Positions 1-8,998 of a stretch of DNA of 60,247 bases are shown here, in pieces. Source of the stretch: an uncultured Candidatus Saccharibacteria bacterium (lineage in GTDB: Bacteria > Patescibacteriota > Minisyncoccia > Phycocordibacterales > UBA9973); assembly GCA_964625065.1 (NCBI GenBank), contig CAZUZL010000006.1:1-60247 (forward strand), given 5' to 3'. The stretch's first letter is position 1. Every line of letters starts with the position of its first letter. The notes beneath the pieces are model-generated. The model saw only the letters and a program-made list of their open reading frames with translations. It ran no database searches and was not told the origin of the DNA. The position numbers and the translations under genes were made by a program.

Positions 1-320
1 CTCCCCTAGGCGTCATAGCCTTGGTAGTCCATTACACTACCAACTAGCTGATACCTGACAGGCTGTTCCCTAAGCGATAAATCTTTACTCCGGAGAGACT
101 ATCGCGTGTTAGCACACCTTTCGGTGCGTTATTCGCGACTTAGGGGTACATTCCTATCTATTACTACCTCGTTCGCCACTAACCAGCGTTTTTCTTCAAA
201 ATATCGCTTCGCTTTGTATTGCTACTCAGCGTTACTTTATCGATCTGAAAAACAAGGTTCGTTCGACTTGCATGCCTTATCCACGCCGCCAGCGTTCATC
301 CTGAGCTAGGATCAAACTCT
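1..320 (-). rRNA. rrs: 16S rRNA, 5' portion (gene continues past window start)
   Basis: Reverse complement of 289-320 reads AGAGTTTGATCCTAGCTCAGGATGAACGCTGG, followed by CGGCGTGGATAAGGCATGCAAGTCGAACG. This is the universal 16S 5' end. Conserved blocks AGTGGCGAACG and CAGCTAGTTGGTAGTGTAATGGACTACCAAGGC lie further in. Confidence 0.9.
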
Positions 321-616
321 TCTTAAAAACATATATTGCTATATATCGCCAAGAACGAAACAAAAGAAAATGTATATCCTCTTTCATGTTGCGAGTTGTG
401 TTTCCTGCTCATTTTTTTGAAATTATTTTCTACTTACTTTTATAGTTATATACTTTGAGACTTGCATCCCCTGCACGATGTGCACAGGGGGTTCTCATAA
501 TTCAATTTAATTGTCGATGTACCGCGCCCATACCCTTTGGTCTAAAACAGTAAATTGCAACATAATAAATTACGTTACTTTTTACCCCTTTAAAACTGAT
601 ATGAGCGATAAGAGCC

Positions 617-644
617 ATTATAGTCAGATCGAAATAAAAGTCAA
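617..644 (-). promoter_or_regulatory. sigma70-like promoter, probable rRNA operon promoter
   Basis: The minus strand reads TTGACT - 16 nt - TATAAT (-35 at 639-644, -10 at 617-622). It lies about 290 nt upstream of the mature 16S 5' end. A bulged GC hairpin at 468-490 sits in the presumed leader. Confidence 0.45.
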
Positions 645-817
645 GTGTTTAGGCCCAGGGCCCAATATGGGGATAATGGGGATTGCTTATCTCCTCCTTT
701 TTGAGGAGGAGTGGTCGTAGACCGAGGTGGTGATTACCTTTTTTAGTCACCACCCCGTCACAGGAGTGCCACCCCTCCTCCACAAGGAGGGGAACAGTTG
801 CCCAAACAAAAAACCAC

Positions 818-1003
818 CTATCGATTGAAGGGTGGTTCGGGTGGTGTATACCCTATTTGTTGCTTAAACTCAGGCATACCTTCGTTTATTTTATTATATA
901 TTTCTTGCGACTCGGCATAGGTGTAGACTTTCACCTCCCCGGCTTCCTGCTTTTGTTCGTAGAACTTTTGCAGATCAAAATTGTGTGTATTTTCTGTTGC
1001 CAT
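818..1003 (-). CDS. small hypothetical protein (61 aa)
   Basis: ORF with an ATG start, followed by a hairpin plus T-run (about 808-836) on the minus strand. I recognise no family. Confidence 0.4.
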   Translation of the reverse strand: MATENTHNFDLQKFYEQKQEAGEVKVYTYAESQEIYNKINEGMPEFKQQIGYTPPEPPFNR

Positions 1004-1043
1004 GATATGTGTTTTTTATACTATAGCATAACGTATAGATAAA

Positions 1044-1082
1044 TATAAAACACCCGGATAGGATCTAAAGTCCTATCTGGGT
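1044..1082 (-). terminator. intrinsic terminator after trmD
   Basis: 12-bp stem ACCCGGATAGGA/TCCTATCTGGGT, followed by a U-rich tract on the minus strand. Confidence 0.6.
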
Positions 1083-1088
1083 ATTTTA

Positions 1089-1871
1089 TTATTTCTTCTT
1101 CCCTCTCCATTCCTCTATTTCCTTATGGTTACCGTTTAGTAGTACTGGTGGTACTTTGTATTTTTTACCATTGTATTCCAACACTTCGGGGCGGGTGTAG
1201 ACTTCTGGACTGGCAACACGTTCTTCTTCACGTGAATCAAAGTTACCCAGCACACCAGGCACCTGGCGGGCCATACAGTCTACCAGCACCATGGCTGGCA
1301 GTTCGCCACCTGTTAAAACATAGTCGCCTATAGACAGTTCGTCTACAATATTCTTGCCATATTCCTTACGTAGTACATCAAATGCGCGGGCGTCGATACC
1401 TTCGTAACGGCCACATATTAAAATAAGGTCTGTGTAATTAGAAACAGATTTTTTTGCATATTCTGTAGTAAATTTTTCTGCAGATGGAACAAAGTTAATA
1501 ATTTTAAACTTCCGAGTTGTCAGTTTAGAGTTTACAGTTGATAGTTTTTTACTGTCCACTGTAACCTGTACACTTTTAACTTTCTTTAAAATACTTGCCA
1601 CCGCCTTTATAACAGGTTCAGCCATAAACACCATGCCTGGGCCACCACCATATGGCCGGTCGTCTACAGTTCGCGACACATTACCGTCGGGCCAAACTTT
1701 TTTATATTTACCACTAGTAAACATACGCGGGTTTACAAAACTCACTTTTATCTTTTTTTCTTTTATTGCCCGGGCAATGATAGATTCGCCCAAATACGAT
1801 GCAAACACATCTGGGAAAATGGTTACAATATGGAAATGGATTGGTTTTGACTTCATAGATATAGTATACAT
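1089..1871 (-). CDS. trmD: tRNA (guanine37-N1)-methyltransferase TrmD
   Basis: FHIVTIFPDVF, DDRPYGGGPGMV, LICGRYEGIDAR and GDYVLTGGELPAMVLVD motifs are typical of the TrmD SPOUT fold. The start could be the internal Met 5 codons downstream. Confidence 0.9.
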   Translation of the reverse strand: MYTISMKSKPIHFHIVTIFPDVFASYLGESIIARAIKEKKIKVSFVNPRMFTSGKYKKVWPDGNVSRTVDDRPYGGGPGMVFMAEPVIKAVASILKKVKSVQVTVDSKKLSTVNSKLTTRKFKIINFVPSAEKFTTEYAKKSVSNYTDLILICGRYEGIDARAFDVLRKEYGKNIVDELSIGDYVLTGGELPAMVLVDCMARQVPGVLGNFDSREEERVASPEVYTRPEVLEYNGKKYKVPPVLLNGNHKEIEEWRGKKK

Positions 1872-1900
1872 AAATATCAGATTTTTTATAAGTAAACAAT

Positions 1901-1927
1901 CAAAAAACCCCGGAAATATTCCGGGGG
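1901..1927 (-). terminator. intrinsic terminator
   Basis: CCCCGG/CCGGGG stem with a T-run on the minus strand, directly after the 1935..2321 ORF. Confidence 0.55.
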
Positions 1928-1934
1928 TTGTTTT

Positions 1935-2321
1935 TTACCATTTCATTACAAGATAATATTTTTTTTCAATCTGCATTACATCGGCATCAAAACCATGATC
2001 TCGTATTTTTTCAAAAAGGATTTTTCCTACATCACCTATTGTATCTCTATAACCTGTATATTTACTACACAAGGGTTCTTTATCAGAACTAACTGAAAAT
2101 ATTGGTAAAAAATTTTTTCCATTTTCAGCAACAGAAAAAAGATTTTTTTCTGTTGCTTTTTCTTTAAAGATTCTTTCAGCTTCTCTTAAGTTTTCTTCGT
2201 GAGCCGTAATTTTTTCTTCAGCATCTTTCTTTTCACTTAATAACTTATTTTCAGTTAATACTTTTTCAGTAGTTTCTCTGAGTTTCTTTAAAAGCTCTGT
2301 TGTATCGGCAGGTATGCTCAT
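1935..2321 (-). CDS. hypothetical protein, N-terminal coiled coil (128 aa)
   Basis: Clean ORF between the KH-protein gene and trmD, in the slot normally held by rimM. It shows no PRC-barrel-like RimM similarity that I can see. Confidence 0.55.
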   Translation of the reverse strand: MSIPADTTELLKKLRETTEKVLTENKLLSEKKDAEEKITAHEENLREAERIFKEKATEKNLFSVAENGKNFLPIFSVSSDKEPLCSKYTGYRDTIGDVGKILFEKIRDHGFDADVMQIEKKYYLVMKW

Positions 2322-2424
2322 AATTATTAAATTTAATTGTTTAGAATATTTTTACCTATAGTACCTGATAATACGCATTGTTGTCAAACACTAAAAATGT
2401 TTCCAAAATTATACTGTAATACGC

Positions 2425-2462
2425 AAAAACAAAACACCTCTATCGAAGGTGTTTTGTTTTTG
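2425..2462 (-). terminator. intrinsic terminator after KH-protein gene
   Basis: AAAACACCT/AGGTGTTTT stem flanked by A- and T-runs. Confidence 0.55.
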
Positions 2463-2465
2463 TAA

Positions 2466-2777
2466 TTATAGATCTGCTTTAAGGTCTGCTATTGCTTCGT
2501 CTACAGATTTTGATGCGCCACCTGTAGAACCTGCTGGTTCGTTAATTTTAAGGTTAACGCGAGCGTTTGTTTTCATACCGATTACACGTAGTAGTGTACG
2601 GATAGCCTTGGCAGTGTTACCTTGGCGGCCGATTATTTTACCCATATCAGCTGGGTTTACGGTAAGGGTTATTAATACACCCATTTCGTCTACAGTTCGG
2701 TCGATGTTTACATCAGCTGGGTTGTCGACTAATGACTTTACTACATATTCTAAGAACTTTGTATCGTCGTTTTGCAT
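2466..2777 (-). CDS. KH-domain RNA-binding protein (YlqC/UPF0109-like)
   Basis: The motif MGKIIGRQGNTAKAIRTLL is the GXXG KH signature. The gene sits next to rpsP, as in the ylqC-type operon. Confidence 0.8.
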   Translation of the reverse strand: MQNDDTKFLEYVVKSLVDNPADVNIDRTVDEMGVLITLTVNPADMGKIIGRQGNTAKAIRTLLRVIGMKTNARVNLKINEPAGSTGGASKSVDEAIADLKADL

Positions 2778-2899
2778 AGTATTGCGGTAATATTTATTAA
2801 TTCAAGCGCTTGACTATACGCCTGCTGTTTTTAATTATACTAAAAATAAATTTAGTGTGCAAATAAAAATAATCACACATTGTGACTATTTTTATTTCT

Positions 2900-3205
2900 C
2901 TATTTCTTTTTAGCTTCTTTGCGGGCTACTGTTTTTGTTTTCTTTGGTAGTACGTTTATTTTTTTACCATCGATTATTTTTTGTTTTACCAAAAAGTTGT
3001 GAACTGTTTCACTTGTAGATGCACCAACTGAAATCCAGTGTTTAATGCGGTCTGCCTTGAATATTACTTCGTTTGATTTAGGTACGTATGAACCAAGTAT
3101 TTCTTTAAATTTGCCACTTTGTGGGCCGTTTTTAGAATCGGTCAAAACCACGCGGTAAGCGGGGTCGTTTTTACGTCCTGTTCTTTGTAGTCGGATTGTT
3201 AACAT
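2900..3205 (-). CDS. rpsP: 30S ribosomal protein S16
   Basis: MLTIRLQRTGRKNDPAYRVVLTDSK is the canonical S16 N-terminus. I trimmed the start to this Met (ATG at 3203-3205). Confidence 0.9.
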   Translation of the reverse strand: MLTIRLQRTGRKNDPAYRVVLTDSKNGPQSGKFKEILGSYVPKSNEVIFKADRIKHWISVGASTSETVHNFLVKQKIIDGKKINVLPKKTKTVARKEAKKK

Positions 3206-3277
3206 ATGTGCCTCTGATAATAGCAAAAACAAACCAATTCGTCAAATGCGTTAAATATGCTATAGTTCATACTATAT

Positions 3278-5218
3278 ATGAATGAAGAAACACACGTGTA
3301 CGAAGGTACTTTAAACATCAGCCCTAAGGGTGCTGGTTATGTTAAGGTAACCGAACTTGAAGAAAGTATAGAAATACAAAACGAACACCTTGCCACAGGT
3401 CTACATGGCGACCGAGTTACAGCAAAAGTTACCGGTAAAAATGAATATGGCAACCCTATCGGCGAAATAACCAGTATCGTTAGTCGTGCCAAAGTTGGCT
3501 TTGCTGGAACATATTTAGAATCAAACCCAGCCACAGATGGCGAGAAAAAGTTTTTCTATGTTCGCCCCAGCGACCCTAAAATGTTATCAGACATTATAGT
3601 ACCAACAGGCCACAGTATGGACGCAAAAGTTGGCCAAAAAGTTTTTGTTATTATAGACAACTGGACAACACAGTCAGAACCACCACGCGGTACTATAACC
3701 CACGTTCTAGGCGCACCACTTGAAAACAATGCTGAAATGTTAGGTATAGCACTAGAAAAAGGTTTCGACAGACATTTCCCTACTGATGTAGATGCCGAAG
3801 CAAATGCATTAGAAAATATTCCAGTATCTGAAGAAGAAATAGCTTCACGTCGTGACATGCGCGGTGTTGCAACATTTACCATCGACCCAGCCGATGCGAA
3901 GGACTTTGACGATGCGCTTTCTTTCCAGACATTACCAAACGGTAATATTGAACTGGGTGTACACATTGCTGATGTGTCGCACTATGTTAAACCTGGCACT
4001 AAACTAGACGACGAAGCTAAAAAACGCAGTACGTCTGTATACCTAGTAGACCGTACTATACCCATGTTGCCTGAGGCACTTTCTAACGACCTTTGTTCGT
4101 TAAATGCAAACACAGATAAACTAACAATGAGTGCGGTTTTTGAACTTGACCTAAACGGCAACATTAAAAACGAATGGTTTGGTAAAACCATAATACATTC
4201 AGACAAACGTTTTGCATATGAAGAAGCCCAAGCCATACTAGATGCCGGTACAGGTATATACCACGACGAACTAAAAACCATGAACGACATTGCGAAGAAA
4301 TTAACCAAAGCCCGCATGGCCGCAGGTGCACTGTCGCTCGACCAAGACGAAGTAAAATTTAAATTAGACGACAATGGTGTACCTATAGCTGTGTACAGAA
4401 AAGTCCGTGGCGACACAAACCGCCTTATCGAAGAATACATGCTAATGGCAAACAGACGTGTAGCAGAATTTATAGCTAAAAAAAGCCAAGTTAAAGAAAA
4501 CATTTTCGTTTACCGTGTACACGATGCACCTGAAAAAGGTAAAATGCAAGACTTGCACGACTTTTTAAAGAAAATAGGCCACCCAATGAAAATGGTAGAT
4601 GGTTATATTCCAGCCCGCGAACTAAATAAACTTCTAGAAGAAATGGAAGGTAAAGACGAAAAAAACACAATACACACTGCCATTATACGTTCAATGGCAA
4701 AGGCTGTTTATTCTACAACTAACATTGGCCACTACGGTTTAGCTTTTGAATTTTACACACATTTTACTTCACCTATACGTCGTTACCCGGACACATTAGT
4801 ACACAGACTGCTGTTCAAATATTTACAAGGCGAAGTGGTTCCTGAAAAAGAATGGTATGAATACCGCGAACAATGCGAATATTCTTCTAAACGTGAAAAG
4901 GAAGCCGCCGATGCTGAACGTGCATCTATAAAATACAAACAAGTCGAATACATGACATACCATGTTGGCGAAGTTTTCAATGGTGTTGTAACAGGTGTTG
5001 GACGTAACGGCGCATTCGTCGAAGACATTGAAACAAAATGTGAAGGTATGATACGTCTGAAAGATTTAGGTGGCGACTTTTTCAAATTCGATGAAAAAGA
5101 AAACACAATAGTTGGTGAAAAAACTAAAAAAACTTACAAACTGGGCGACCATGTAAAAATAAAAGTTGCCAGCGCAGATTTGGTTAAAAAAATAATTGAC
5201 TATGTCGTTGCAGCGTAG
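3278..5218 (+). CDS. rnr: ribonuclease R / RNase II family exoribonuclease
   Basis: RNB domain motifs (FTIDPADAKDFDDALS, SVYLVDRTIPMLP, FTSPIRRYPD) plus a C-terminal S1-like domain (GEVFNGVVTGVGRNGAFVE). Confidence 0.9.
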   Translation: MNEETHVYEGTLNISPKGAGYVKVTELEESIEIQNEHLATGLHGDRVTAKVTGKNEYGNPIGEITSIVSRAKVGFAGTYLESNPATDGEKKFFYVRPSDPKMLSDIIVPTGHSMDAKVGQKVFVIIDNWTTQSEPPRGTITHVLGAPLENNAEMLGIALEKGFDRHFPTDVDAEANALENIPVSEEEIASRRDMRGVATFTIDPADAKDFDDALSFQTLPNGNIELGVHIADVSHYVKPGTKLDDEAKKRSTSVYLVDRTIPMLPEALSNDLCSLNANTDKLTMSAVFELDLNGNIKNEWFGKTIIHSDKRFAYEEAQAILDAGTGIYHDELKTMNDIAKKLTKARMAAGALSLDQDEVKFKLDDNGVPIAVYRKVRGDTNRLIEEYMLMANRRVAEFIAKKSQVKENIFVYRVHDAPEKGKMQDLHDFLKKIGHPMKMVDGYIPARELNKLLEEMEGKDEKNTIHTAIIRSMAKAVYSTTNIGHYGLAFEFYTHFTSPIRRYPDTLVHRLLFKYLQGEVVPEKEWYEYREQCEYSSKREKEAADAERASIKYKQVEYMTYHVGEVFNGVVTGVGRNGAFVEDIETKCEGMIRLKDLGGDFFKFDEKENTIVGEKTKKTYKLGDHVKIKVASADLVKKIIDYVVAA

Positions 5219-6689
5219 AAACGAAATACATATAGGCATACTAATAGCCGCACTAGTTGCGGCTATTGTCGGTGCGTTGTTTACTTATACAAATATAGTT
5301 GCATCAAATGCAAATGTATTCGAAGACATAACAAAACCAATTTCAGAAATAAAAAAATTAGTTAATACAGAACCTATAGCTAAAGGTTTGTTAATGTTCC
5401 GCGGTAACAGCACTCGCAGTTACTATGGCACTGGTCCACTGCCTATAAACCCAGAAGTTTTGTTTACATACCCAGAAAAAGCCATGTGTATGGATTCGAC
5501 AGTTGGTGGCATAACACACCCATGGTGTGGCAGTGGCTGGACCGGCCAACCAGTAGTCTGGGAAAACCCACAGACAAACAAAACAGAAATAATATTTGGT
5601 GCATATGACGGTGCTGTGCATTTTGTTGATGGAGATACAGGTTTAGATGTACGCCCCAAGTTCCAAACTGGCGACATTATTAAAGGGTCGGTTTCTATGG
5701 ACCCAGACGGCTACCCATTAATATATTTTGGTTCACGCGACAACAACATACGTGTCGTAGCACTAGACCGCGATGTACCTACAGAAATATGGCACATAAA
5801 TGCAAACCACGACCGTGGCCTATGGAACAACGACTGGGATGCAAACCCGATAATAGATATGGACATAATGTACGAAGGTGGTGAAAACGGTTATTTTTAT
5901 ATTGTAAAACTAAACCGCAGTTATGGTGCAGATGGCAAAGTTAGCGTAGACCCAAAGTTTTTATTTACCATGCCTAGCTATAACGAAACATTATTAAAAA
6001 ACATTGGCGACACAGATGTAAGTATAGAAAATTCGCCAACTAAATTTGGCGACAGAGTTTACTTTGCTAATTCCGGTGGCAGAATTATTGGTCTAGATGT
6101 GTCGCATGTATTAGACGGTGTTGCGCCGACAGTGTTCGACTACTGGACTGGTGACGACACAGACGCATCTGTAGTGGTAGATAACGAAGGTATGTTATAT
6201 GTAGCCAGCGAAGACGAACGTACAAATACAGCGTCTGTCGAACAGAAAAAAATAAATGGCCAGTTGATGAAACTAAACCCAAACAACTCAACCAACCCAC
6301 TGGTCTGGTCAGTTACTGTACCGCGCGAACATGGCATGGGTGGTGGCATATGGGCCACACCAGCTATAGATGAAAAACATGTATACACTGTTACAAACCC
6401 CGGCGACCTTTTAATAGTCGACAAACAAACTGGTGAAGTTGTAAATAAAAAATATTTTGGTGGGCCACTGTGGTCTTCACCGAACTTAATAGATGGGCAA
6501 CTTGTTATAACTACATGTACTGGGCATGTTATAGCCTACAACATAACAGACATTAAAAATTTGTATGAAATATGGAATATACAAATACCATCTACATCGT
6601 GCATAGAATCTACACCGGCAATCTGGAATGGAAACCTTTATTTCGGTTCCCGTGATGGTTTCTTTTATAAGGTAGGAGATAAGAAATAA
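5196..6689 (+). CDS. membrane-anchored PQQ-like beta-propeller repeat protein
   Basis: N-terminal TM helix (IGILIAALVAAIVGALF) followed by repeated beta-propeller-type blades (YFGSRDNNI, YFANSGGRIIGLD, LYFGSRDGFFY). Confidence 0.7.
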   Translation: MTMSLQRRNEIHIGILIAALVAAIVGALFTYTNIVASNANVFEDITKPISEIKKLVNTEPIAKGLLMFRGNSTRSYYGTGPLPINPEVLFTYPEKAMCMDSTVGGITHPWCGSGWTGQPVVWENPQTNKTEIIFGAYDGAVHFVDGDTGLDVRPKFQTGDIIKGSVSMDPDGYPLIYFGSRDNNIRVVALDRDVPTEIWHINANHDRGLWNNDWDANPIIDMDIMYEGGENGYFYIVKLNRSYGADGKVSVDPKFLFTMPSYNETLLKNIGDTDVSIENSPTKFGDRVYFANSGGRIIGLDVSHVLDGVAPTVFDYWTGDDTDASVVVDNEGMLYVASEDERTNTASVEQKKINGQLMKLNPNNSTNPLVWSVTVPREHGMGGGIWATPAIDEKHVYTVTNPGDLLIVDKQTGEVVNKKYFGGPLWSSPNLIDGQLVITTCTGHVIAYNITDIKNLYEIWNIQIPSTSCIESTPAIWNGNLYFGSRDGFFYKVGDKK

Positions 6690-6722
6690 AAAAACACCTT
6701 ATTTTTATAAGGTGTTTTTTTA
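6689..6722. terminator. bidirectional intrinsic terminator
   Basis: AAACACCTTA/TAAGGTGTTT stem flanked by A-run and T-run, between convergent genes. Confidence 0.6.
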
Positions 6723-8969
6723 TTTCGCGTATTGTTCTGCGTCGCTGAATTTTACTGATAGCAAGCGTGAACCTCCGTCGCCACCAACTGTTACCCCATA
6801 TAGCACTTCGGCGCGCGACATGGTTTCGCGGTTGTGAGTTACAACTATAAGTTGAGAGAATTTTGAAAGTCTTTCTAACATATCGCCATAGCGTTTTGAA
6901 TTTGCTTCGTCCAGGGCTGCGTCTGTTTCGTCCAACACTAAGAATGGTGGTGGGTTAACCTGACTCATAGCAAACAGTAGTGCAATAGATGTTAACGAAC
7001 GTTCACCGCCTGATAGCATATGTAAATCTTTTACTTTTTTATGTGGCAACGAAACATTTATGTCTACACCGTGTTCTAGGTGGAATGCGTGTTGGTCTAT
7101 GTCAGAGGCCACCCCACCTTCATCTTCTTCGTCACGGCGTTTATGTTCTGCAACTATAGACAAAAATGCATGCCCGCCACCGAACATAAGTGCAAAGAAT
7201 TCTTGGAATGCTTTGTTAATGTTTTCAATACCGTTTTTAAATTCCCTATTCAAAGTTTCGCGTAGGTCAACAATAAGCAGTGTAATGTTTTGTATACTGT
7301 TTTCCAAATCTGTCAGTTCGCGTGCTAAAAATGTTTCGCGGTCCTGTATGTCTTCGTATTCTTTTATTATATCTGTTCCACCACCTGCACCCATGTCTTC
7401 TAGGCGAATTTTTAAACGGTCTATTTTACGTTTTAAATCTACCAACACTTCAGGCTGTATAACTTCAAACGTGTCGTTTAAATTACGTAATGCTTCGTAA
7501 CCTATCAGCGCTGTGGCTTCTTGCATTTCTGCAGTTAGTCTTTCTTTACGCGCAACATGTGCTTCCTGTTTTAGGGCCTTGATGCGCATGTCGGCAACCA
7601 GGTCGCTGCGGCGTTGTATTAGGGCAACATAGTCGGCTTGGTTGTAGTTAGTTTTACTACTTGCCTCGGCTAATTGTTTTTTCAGTTCATCTATAGTTGT
7701 AACTAATGTAGCAATCTGTGCATCGATACTGTGTATTTCATCAGTTAACAAAGCAAGTTCGCCTTTGGTGTTTTCTATTTTATGTGTATTTTCTTCTTGG
7801 TCTACAACGTGTGTAGTGTCGTCGTTTGATAAAAAGTAATGTATGTTTTCACGAATACGCACAATGGTTTCGCGTATGTAACCCAGGTCTTCGTTATTTA
7901 AAACGCTTTGTAACATTGTATCTATAGAATCAAGTTCTGCTTTAACAGATTCATAAGACACTTTTTTAACCTGTTTTACTTCTAAAACAGGTCTTTCTAA
8001 AATGTCTAACATGCCTTCTAAACGGCCATGGGCACGGGTAAGTTCGTCGCGTTTTGTGCGGAACTGTTTTATTTCCATCTCGTAGCCATGTATTGCATTT
8101 TGTTCTGCATTATCAGACTGTGCAACTGCATTGTGTTTGTTTTCTATTTCTGCAATTGCATGTTCAACTTGGGCCAAATTGTTTTGGTGTGTAGTGTTTT
8201 CTGTATCTATATCTTGTTTTTCAGTATTTATATAATGCTGTTCGTTTTGTATATATGTACGGTAAAGTCCGCCTAGTTCAATGCGGGCTTCTTCAGCCTT
8301 CTGTATTTTTTCAACTTGTTTTTTTAAGAATTGCACATGTGGCGCCAGTTCGCGTCGTAGCGATGCAACTTCTTTCATATTCGCCCTAGTCTTTTCCAGT
8401 TTACGTTCGCTCTCACGTATACGGTACTGATACATACGTAGACCAAGAGCGTCCTCTATCATACCTCGGCGGTCCTTGGTATTTGCAGAAAGTATTCTGT
8501 CAGCCTCACCCTGGGATATTATGTGGTGGCCGGATGCACCAATGTGCACTGATGCTAACAGTTCGTTAATATCTTTTAAACGAACTTCGACACCGTTTAT
8601 TGTATATGTTGTACCACCATCGCGAAAAACTTCACGGCCAATACGTATTTCGTCGTAGTCTAATGACACACGTTTGTCGTCGCTACTTGTAAATTGAAAT
8701 TTCTTATCTGTGTTATCAAACACCATGGTTACAGATGCACGTGAAAGCTGGCCTAATTCCTTAGACCCTTTAAATATTAAGTCAGCACCTGTTTTTGAAC
8801 GCAATGACTTGTTTGACTGTTCACCGAGCACGAAACGAATAGATTCAACAACATTAGATTTACCCGAACCGTTTGGCCCAACGATAGCCGTAACAGGGGT
8901 ATTAAAAAACAATGTGTGCGTCTTCGCAAACGATTTAAAACCTGTAAGTTCTATCGACTTTAGCTGCAT
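6720..8969 (-). CDS. smc: SMC-family ATPase, unusually short (749 aa) with no recognisable hinge
   Basis: N-terminus MQLKSIELTGFKSF..IVGPNGSGKSNVVESIRFVLGEQS (Walker A). C-terminus LSGGERSLTSIALLFA..FLVLDETDAALD (signature plus Walker B). The middle is heptad-rich. Confidence 0.8.
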   Translation of the reverse strand: MQLKSIELTGFKSFAKTHTLFFNTPVTAIVGPNGSGKSNVVESIRFVLGEQSNKSLRSKTGADLIFKGSKELGQLSRASVTMVFDNTDKKFQFTSSDDKRVSLDYDEIRIGREVFRDGGTTYTINGVEVRLKDINELLASVHIGASGHHIISQGEADRILSANTKDRRGMIEDALGLRMYQYRIRESERKLEKTRANMKEVASLRRELAPHVQFLKKQVEKIQKAEEARIELGGLYRTYIQNEQHYINTEKQDIDTENTTHQNNLAQVEHAIAEIENKHNAVAQSDNAEQNAIHGYEMEIKQFRTKRDELTRAHGRLEGMLDILERPVLEVKQVKKVSYESVKAELDSIDTMLQSVLNNEDLGYIRETIVRIRENIHYFLSNDDTTHVVDQEENTHKIENTKGELALLTDEIHSIDAQIATLVTTIDELKKQLAEASSKTNYNQADYVALIQRRSDLVADMRIKALKQEAHVARKERLTAEMQEATALIGYEALRNLNDTFEVIQPEVLVDLKRKIDRLKIRLEDMGAGGGTDIIKEYEDIQDRETFLARELTDLENSIQNITLLIVDLRETLNREFKNGIENINKAFQEFFALMFGGGHAFLSIVAEHKRRDEEDEGGVASDIDQHAFHLEHGVDINVSLPHKKVKDLHMLSGGERSLTSIALLFAMSQVNPPPFLVLDETDAALDEANSKRYGDMLERLSKFSQLIVVTHNRETMSRAEVLYGVTVGGDGGSRLLSVKFSDAEQYAK

Positions 8970-8998
8970 GATGTATGTATTATATCACACAAATAGTT

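Noticed and set aside
106-309. 67-aa ORF on the plus strand
   Set aside because: It lies entirely inside the 16S rRNA gene on the opposite strand, so it is spurious.
511-720. 69-aa ORF in the rRNA upstream region
   Set aside because: It spans the putative rRNA promoter and the GC hairpins. It has no RBS and a composition unlike real genes here, so it is probably non-coding.
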